NCBI GenBank assembly: GCA_964638215.1
Contig: CAZXBI010000001.1
Location: forward strand, 3,709 to 45,490
Reading direction: 5' to 3'
Source: an uncultured Syntrophorhabdus sp.
GTDB lineage: Bacteria > Desulfobacterota > BSN033 > UBA1163
DNA length: 41,782 nt
Both the position numbers and the translations under genes were made by a program. Of this stretch, positions 36,252-41,782 are shown piece by piece. The notes beneath the pieces were generated by a model. That model was given only the letters and a program-made list of their open reading frames with translations. It was not told the DNA's origin and did no database searches. The first letter of the stretch is position 1. Every line of letters starts with the position of its first letter.

Positions 36252-36730
36252 CAGAGAAGAAACCGCATGGCAAAGAAGTCGTGCTCAAAACAAATGGGAT
36301 TGAAGAGAGAGTTTTTTGCTCCCCTGGTGAAACCTTACTCTCCGTGTTGAGGCATCGGCTTAACCGTACCGAAGTGAAGGAAGGCTGCGGAAAGGGTGAT
36401 TGTGGAGTCTGCACGGTGCTTCTTGACGGGATGCCCGTTGATTCCTGTCTTGTACTGGCGTATCAGGCGGAGGGGAAGGAGATTACAACGGTGAAGGGGT
36501 TGGGGACGAGAGAGAACTTGCATCCCCTTCAAAAACAGTTTGTCGTAAAGGGAGCCATACAGTGCGGGTTCTGTACCCCCGGGCAGTTACTATCTGCAAA
36601 AGCTCTTTTGGAAAAGAACCGCAGTCCGTCCATAGAAGACATCCAGAGGGCACTTTCAGGGAATCTCTGCCGCTGCACCGGATATACAAAAATCATCGAG
36701 GCGGTATTGGCTGCATCCAAAGAGATTTGA
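36248..36730 (+). CDS. XDH-family [2Fe-2S]x2 small subunit, set 2
   Basis: GCGKGDCGVCTV...C, then QCGFCTPGQ...GNLCRCTGY. It overlaps the FAD-subunit stop (ATGA). Confidence 0.9.
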   Translation: MTEKKPHGKEVVLKTNGIEERVFCSPGETLLSVLRHRLNRTEVKEGCGKGDCGVCTVLLDGMPVDSCLVLAYQAEGKEITTVKGLGTRENLHPLQKQFVVKGAIQCGFCTPGQLLSAKALLEKNRSPSIEDIQRALSGNLCRCTGYTKIIEAVLAASKEI

Positions 36731-36761
36731 AGAATGTTCCAGGAAGTTGAGAGGCAGACTG

Positions 36762-38321
36762 ATGAACATGAAGGAAGTTGAGATCGATGTGCTGGTGGTG
36801 GGGAGCGGACTCGCTGGAGTGATGGCGGCTTTGAAAGCCACCCACATGGGATGCAGTGTCATCCTGACCAGTAAGGTGACCATCAAAAGTGGAAACACGA
36901 TATTTGCAGGTGGAGGATGGTTCACTCCTTCAGAGGATTTATCTCCGGATGGCTATTTTCGTCTGGTGATGGAGGGTGGAAAAAATCTTAATGATGTGAA
37001 ATTGGTCCAAGTGCTTACCCATAAAGGCCAGACCATGGTCAGGGACTTGGAAAAGATGGGAGTCCCCATGGAGAGGAAGGGAGAAAAGTACTGGTATGTC
37101 AAAGCCGGGACTTCGATCAGGTATCCAGGGGACATCCTGATGGAGGTGCTCCTGAAGCACATCAAAGATCAACGAATCATAGCTCTTCCATGGACCTCGA
37201 TCTTCGAACTCTTACTGGAAGAAGGACAGGCTGTAGGAGCGCTGGCCTTTTCCAGGAAAGAAGGGCTCCTGGTCATTCACGCCAAATCCGTAGTCCTGGC
37301 CACAGGCGGGGCTGGCAACGTCTACAAACGGAATGACAATCATAGGGCCATTACGGGAGATGGTTACTGGCTCGCCGCAAAGTTAGGGTTGCCCTTGAAG
37401 GATATGGAGTTCATACAGTTCTATCCTATCGGTCTATCTGAGCCAGGTTTTCCCTCTTTTATCATTCAACCTCCGATTCCGAAGGAGGCCAGAATTATTA
37501 ATTCAAACGGGGAAGATATTTTCCAGAAGTATGCTTTGAAATTCAATCTGGCCGAGTCTGTGATGGAATATCGGGATGAATTTACATTGGTCCTGACCCG
37601 GGAGACAGAAAAAGAAACGGTTTACATGGACTGCACCCAGGTCCCGGCAGAGAATTGGAATAGGTTCTGTCTGAACCAACTGGCAAAGATAAACCCGGCT
37701 TTTCGGGATCGCCCCTTTGCCGTTGCTCCGGTCGTTCATTTTTTTATGGGTGGCATTGAAATCGATCAGCATGCGGGGACTAAAATCCCTGGACTTTTCG
37801 CTGCAGGCGAAGTGACATCAGGGGTTCATGGTGCCAATCGAATGGGCGGAAATGCTCTCACAGAATGTACCGTCTTCGGTCATATCGCCGGCGAATCAGC
37901 AGCCCGGTATGCGTTAAATGCACCCGTGAGGAACCCGAAAAGGGTAAAATGGCGGGACGAATTTGGGGGGGGCGAAACCTCAGAGGAAAAGGGACTTTTC
38001 AAAGAAATTCAGGAGATTACCTGGTCCCATGCCGGTCCCATCAGGAATGCTCAATCCCTTGAACAGGGACTGGCAAGGGTTGCAGAGATCAGGCAAAAAG
38101 TAACAGAATTAGAGAGAGCAGGAAGATATAGGGTTGGGACTAAGTTACAAAGCGGGCTACTGGTTTCGCAGGCGATCATGAAAGCAAGTCAGGAGAGAAA
38201 GGAAAGTCGCGGAGCATTCTACAGGGAGGATTTTGGTCAAACGGACGATGATAATTGGTTAAAGCATATTCTCTTGAAATTGGATCCTGAAACGGGGGAT
38301 CTTACGGTGATCCACCAGTAA
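36762..38321 (+). CDS. FAD-dependent oxidoreductase, SdhA/FrdA/NadB flavoprotein family (second copy, no Fe-S partner)
   Basis: [50 protein letters not shown], and ESRGAFYREDF. About 519 aa from the ATG at 36762. Confidence 0.8.
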   Translation: MNMKEVEIDVLVVGSGLAGVMAALKATHMGCSVILTSKVTIKSGNTIFAGGGWFTPSEDLSPDGYFRLVMEGGKNLNDVKLVQVLTHKGQTMVRDLEKMGVPMERKGEKYWYVKAGTSIRYPGDILMEVLLKHIKDQRIIALPWTSIFELLLEEGQAVGALAFSRKEGLLVIHAKSVVLATGGAGNVYKRNDNHRAITGDGYWLAAKLGLPLKDMEFIQFYPIGLSEPGFPSFIIQPPIPKEARIINSNGEDIFQKYALKFNLAESVMEYRDEFTLVLTRETEKETVYMDCTQVPAENWNRFCLNQLAKINPAFRDRPFAVAPVVHFFMGGIEIDQHAGTKIPGLFAAGEVTSGVHGANRMGGNALTECTVFGHIAGESAARYALNAPVRNPKRVKWRDEFGGGETSEEKGLFKEIQEITWSHAGPIRNAQSLEQGLARVAEIRQKVTELERAGRYRVGTKLQSGLLVSQAIMKASQERKESRGAFYREDFGQTDDDNWLKHILLKLDPETGDLTVIHQ

Positions 38322-38359
38322 ATAGTCTCATAAAAATACGATCATAGGATTCGGCTTAA

Positions 38360-40660
38360 ATGGTGACCACGGATAATATGAAGAAACAACCTTTTTCATG
38401 TGTTGGATATTCAGTACCCAAAATTGATGCTCTTGATAAAGTCCTCGGCAAAGCCGTTTATGCGGAGGATATTTCTTTCCCGAACATGCTCTATGGCAGG
38501 GTTCTCCGTGCTGGTATCCCTCATGCCATCATCGAGGAGATCGATACGAGCAAAGCCAAAGCGATGAAGGGGGTTGTCTGTGTACTTACGGCGAAAGATA
38601 TCCCTGGAATCAACCGATACGGAATCGCCTTTCAGGATCAGTATGCAATGGCAGAGGGCAAGGTTCGCTATATTGGTGATCCAGTTGCCCTGGTCGCAGC
38701 GGAGACTGAAGAGGCAGCCAAAGACGCGATCAAGGCAATCCAGGTAAAATACCGTGAGCTTCCCGTGATCACGAATCCCCATCAAGCTCTTGCGGAAGGG
38801 GCTCCCAAAATCCATGAGAAAGGGAACCTTCTACTTCATTCCAAGATTCGAAAGGGGAATGTTGATTTTGGTTTTTCAAAGGCCGATGTGATTGTCGAAA
38901 ACACCTATCGCACTCATGTCGTGGATCATGCTTACATGGAGACAGAATCGGGTATCGGCAGGATGGACGAACATGGCAATATCGTCATCTGGTCCGCCAA
39001 TCAGTGTCCTTTCCGAGATCGAAGGCAGGTGGCGGTTGTGCTCGGGATGAGAGAGAACAAAATCCGGGTGATTCGGGCAACCACGGGAGGCGCCTTCGGG
39101 GGAAAGGATGACGTTACCGTCGAAATCCATATCGGCCTCTTAGTTCAGACGACGGGACGTCCTGTCCGCCTCGTATTAGAACGGGAAGAATCCTTTCTTT
39201 CCCAGACCAAACGCCATGCTATAGAGGTTTGGACCCGCTGGGGTGCGACCCATGATGGAAGGCTTTGTGCCATGGAGGGGAAGGTATATGGAGATAAAGG
39301 CCCCTATGCAGGGCTTGGGGCTTTTGTTATCAAAAAATGCGGGATTCACCTTTCAGGACCTTATTATATTCCGAATATCAAGGTAGATTCTTTCAGCGTG
39401 TATACCAACAACCTCTTCGGGAGCGCCATGCGGGGATTTGGTGTTGCTCAGGCAGCCATTGCCCACGAAGCCCAAATGGATGAATTGGCGAAAAAGCTCG
39501 GGATCGATCCCTTAGAGTTTAGGCTCATGAATGCCTTGGATCACGGTCTTTCGACGCCGACAGGCCAGGTCTTTTACGAGGGCGTGGGTATCAAAGCGAC
39601 CCTTGAAAAAATCAAAGAGGTCCGATCGAAGGATCCTTCCTTTCGGAATTATCGGAAAAAAGAGACCAGCACGAAGAAGTATGGGATTGGCATCGGGTCC
39701 ATGTTTTATGGTTTGGGCTATGGTTTTTCCCGTCAGGATATCTCTTCTGCGACGATTGAGATCTGTGAAGATGGGTCTGTCATCGTCCGGTCCGGTGAGG
39801 TCGATTACGGGCAGGGATCCGATACCATCTTCTGCCAGATCGTGGCTGAGGAGTTGGGGATTCGATACGATGAAATCCAGATGATTACTGCGGACACCTT
39901 TGCTACGCCCAATGCAGGACCCACTTCAGCCAGCCGGGTTACTTATGTAACAGGGAATGCGATGATAAAGGCCTCACGGGCCTTAAAAAAGACCCTCCAG
40001 AGCATGGCTGAAGAAATTTTGGGAGCAAAGGATCTCGTTTTTGTGGACGAAGAGATCCATTCGGAGTCCAAACTTGAGAAGAAGATCAGCTTCAAGGCAT
40101 TGGCTAAGGAATGCCATAATCGGGGACTTCAAATGGTTGAAACCGCTTGGCATGACATCACGACGAAAGACGTCGATCCAGAAACCGGGCAAGGGGATGC
40201 CTACTCTGCCTATGCGTATGCTTCTCAGCTTGCGGAAGTGGAGGTGGATACTGAGACAGGCAAGGTGGAGGTGCTCCGCATCATATCTGCCACAGATGCA
40301 GGCAAGGCGATCAATCCCTTGAATGTGGAGGGGCAGATTGAGGGGGGGGCTGTGATGGGGATCGGCTATGCCTTGACAGAAGAGATCAAGACAGAGGGAG
40401 GGTATCTCAAGACAAGATCGCTGGGGGAATACATGATTCCGACGAGTCTCGATGTGCCGCGGATCGAGCCCTATATCATTGAAGTTCCTGTATCACGGGG
40501 GCCTTACGGAGCGAAGGGAGTTGGAGAGCCTGCACTGATTCCCACGACTCCTGCAATCCTTAATGCGATTGCCGATGCGGTGGGGGTTCGAGTGGTCGAT
40601 CTTCCGGCGAATTTGGAAAACCTCTACCGGTTAATCGAGGAAAAGAAAGGGAAGAGATAG
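38360..40660 (+). CDS. XDH-family molybdopterin-binding large subunit, set 3
   Basis: IDALDKVLGKAVYAEDISFPNMLYGRVLRAGIPHAII, GGAFGGK, and PYGAKGVGEPA. 766 aa. Confidence 0.85.
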   Translation: MVTTDNMKKQPFSCVGYSVPKIDALDKVLGKAVYAEDISFPNMLYGRVLRAGIPHAIIEEIDTSKAKAMKGVVCVLTAKDIPGINRYGIAFQDQYAMAEGKVRYIGDPVALVAAETEEAAKDAIKAIQVKYRELPVITNPHQALAEGAPKIHEKGNLLLHSKIRKGNVDFGFSKADVIVENTYRTHVVDHAYMETESGIGRMDEHGNIVIWSANQCPFRDRRQVAVVLGMRENKIRVIRATTGGAFGGKDDVTVEIHIGLLVQTTGRPVRLVLEREESFLSQTKRHAIEVWTRWGATHDGRLCAMEGKVYGDKGPYAGLGAFVIKKCGIHLSGPYYIPNIKVDSFSVYTNNLFGSAMRGFGVAQAAIAHEAQMDELAKKLGIDPLEFRLMNALDHGLSTPTGQVFYEGVGIKATLEKIKEVRSKDPSFRNYRKKETSTKKYGIGIGSMFYGLGYGFSRQDISSATIEICEDGSVIVRSGEVDYGQGSDTIFCQIVAEELGIRYDEIQMITADTFATPNAGPTSASRVTYVTGNAMIKASRALKKTLQSMAEEILGAKDLVFVDEEIHSESKLEKKISFKALAKECHNRGLQMVETAWHDITTKDVDPETGQGDAYSAYAYASQLAEVEVDTETGKVEVLRIISATDAGKAINPLNVEGQIEGGAVMGIGYALTEEIKTEGGYLKTRSLGEYMIPTSLDVPRIEPYIIEVPVSRGPYGAKGVGEPALIPTTPAILNAIADAVGVRVVDLPANLENLYRLIEEKKGKR

Positions 40661-40670
40661 GAGAATTGAG

Positions 40671-41534
40671 ATGCAGCGGTTTCATTTTTATTCGCCGAAG
40701 TCGATCGAAGAAGCGTTGACCTATCTTTCAGATAAAGGAGATCGGTGCAAAATGATTGCAGGAGGAACCGACCTGATTCCTGCCCTTCGGACAGAGTCCC
40801 TTCATCCGGAATTCGTCCTTGATCTTTTGGAAATCGAACAGATGAGAGGAATCAGGGAAATCGATCACACTATTTGGATTGGTCCCACCATGACCTTTAC
40901 GGAAATAGTGGAATCCGATCTCCTCAGCCGTCATTTTCCATTACTAGTTCAGGCAGCAGCCTCCGTGGGAGGTCCCCAGATCAGAAACAGAGGAACTGTT
41001 GGTGGAAATATTGCGAATGCGTCGCCGGCGGCTGATGTGTTACCTGCCATTCTGGCCCTGGACGGGGAATTGGAACTTCAGTCCAAGACCTATGGAAAGA
41101 GGAGGCTTCCGTTAGACGAGGCTATTGCATCTCCCTATAGGACAAATTTCAGGCCGGATGAGATCCTAACAGGAATCGTCATTAAAAAGCTGGAAGAAGG
41201 AACAAAGTGTGGTTTTGAAAAGCTTGGACGTCGAAATGCGATGGCCCGAGCGAGGATGAACCTCTCCGTGGTGCTCCAGATGGATCGGGAAGAGAGGGTC
41301 AAGGAGTTGAGGATTGTTCCTGGGGCAGTGATGCCGATGGCAAGGAGGGTGAAGAGTGCTGAGGGAAGGCTTCTGGGACAGAAGCCAGAGGCATCGCTGG
41401 TCGAGATTACAATAGAGGCATTATCAAAGGAGATGGTGCAGGTGGCGGGTGTGAGGTGGTCAACAGGGTATAAGGTCCCTGTACTGAAAAACATGACACG
41501 AAGACTCTTGAGGGAACTGATAGAAACAGATTAA
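40671..41534 (+). CDS. XDH-family FAD-binding medium subunit, set 3
   Basis: F.FYSPKSIEEAL.YL.......MIAGGTDLIPALR, and GTVGGNIANASPAAD. 287 aa. Confidence 0.85.
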   Translation: MQRFHFYSPKSIEEALTYLSDKGDRCKMIAGGTDLIPALRTESLHPEFVLDLLEIEQMRGIREIDHTIWIGPTMTFTEIVESDLLSRHFPLLVQAAASVGGPQIRNRGTVGGNIANASPAADVLPAILALDGELELQSKTYGKRRLPLDEAIASPYRTNFRPDEILTGIVIKKLEEGTKCGFEKLGRRNAMARARMNLSVVLQMDREERVKELRIVPGAVMPMARRVKSAEGRLLGQKPEASLVEITIEALSKEMVQVAGVRWSTGYKVPVLKNMTRRLLRELIETD

Positions 41535-41631
41535 AGAATTGTTATCGAAAGCAGTCCTGTAATGGGATGATTGATCAACCGATAGGTATATTGAATGCGT
41601 TGGAATGAGAGGGTGGAGGGAGCGGACAAGG

Positions 41632-41782
41632 ATGTCTGAGAAGACTCTATTACGGATGGAAGTGAACGGGAAGACCGTGGAGGTTCTGATAGGACCTACG
41701 CGGACTCTGCTTCAGGTACTTCGAGAAGAGTTAAAATTGACGGGGACGAAAAAGGGTTGTGGACAGGGAGATTGTGGGGTCT
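41632..41782 (+). CDS. XDH-family [2Fe-2S] small subunit, set 3 (5' part only, runs off the window)
   Basis: My own translation gives MSEKTLLRMEVNGKTVEVLIGPTRTLLQVLREELKLTGTKKGCGQGDCGV..., which matches the CoxS-type N-terminus. It is not in the supplied ORF track because it is truncated by the window end. Confidence 0.75.
   Translation, partial: MSEKTLLRMEVNGKTVEVLIGPTRTLLQVLREELKLTGTKKGCGQGDCGV

Noticed and set aside
23024-41782. Annotating the Mo large/medium/small sets as aerobic carbon-monoxide dehydrogenase (CoxLMS).
   Set aside because: None of the large subunits shows the form-I CoxL active-site loop (VAYRCSFR). No coxDEFG-type accessory genes are present. A generic XDH-family hydroxylase call is safer.

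Overview
All credible genes in this 41.8 kb window lie on the + strand. I found no integrase, transposase, CRISPR array, rRNA or tRNA, and no transcription-factor gene. The window reads as an anaerobe-style catabolic and uptake island made of four parts.

(1) Nt 50-308 hold a promoter, a tandem glycine riboswitch and an intrinsic terminator. These sit ahead of a class-I/II aminotransferase and a GhrB-like 2-hydroxyacid dehydrogenase.

(2) Next comes a corrinoid protein plus a full-length homolog of monomethylamine methyltransferase MtmB that has no in-frame stop at the pyrrolysine position. It is followed by a DUF1445 (D-glutamate-cyclase-like) protein, a TIM-barrel metal hydrolase, an SdhA-like flavoprotein with a stand-alone SdhB-N-domain 2Fe-2S protein, and a truncated PxpA/LamB fragment.

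(3) There are two complete Liv-type ABC importers (permease, permease, ATPase, ATPase) served by five periplasmic binding proteins. Four of the five are close paralogs, and one of those has an in-frame TGA in its signal peptide.

(4) The redox and decarboxylation part contains a UbiD-family decarboxylase with a small zinc-ribbon partner, a stand-alone cytoplasmic bis-MGD molybdoenzyme, a URO-D/MtaA-family methyltransferase, and three paralogous xanthine-dehydrogenase-family heterotrimers (Mo large subunit, FAD subunit, 2x[2Fe-2S] subunit). The heterotrimers occur in two gene orders, with a second SdhA-like flavoprotein between two of them.

Three decayed genes record recent rearrangement: a frameshifted corrinoid protein, a chimeric large-subunit/small-subunit fusion remnant, and the PxpA fragment.

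The best candidate for an undescribed system is the non-pyrrolysine MtmB-like/corrinoid module next to a glycine-sensing leader. The multi-hydroxylase/UbiD/binding-protein island is a second candidate, as a putative anaerobic (hetero)aromatic-acid pathway. All family calls rest on motifs read by eye and on remembered family sequences. No searches were run.
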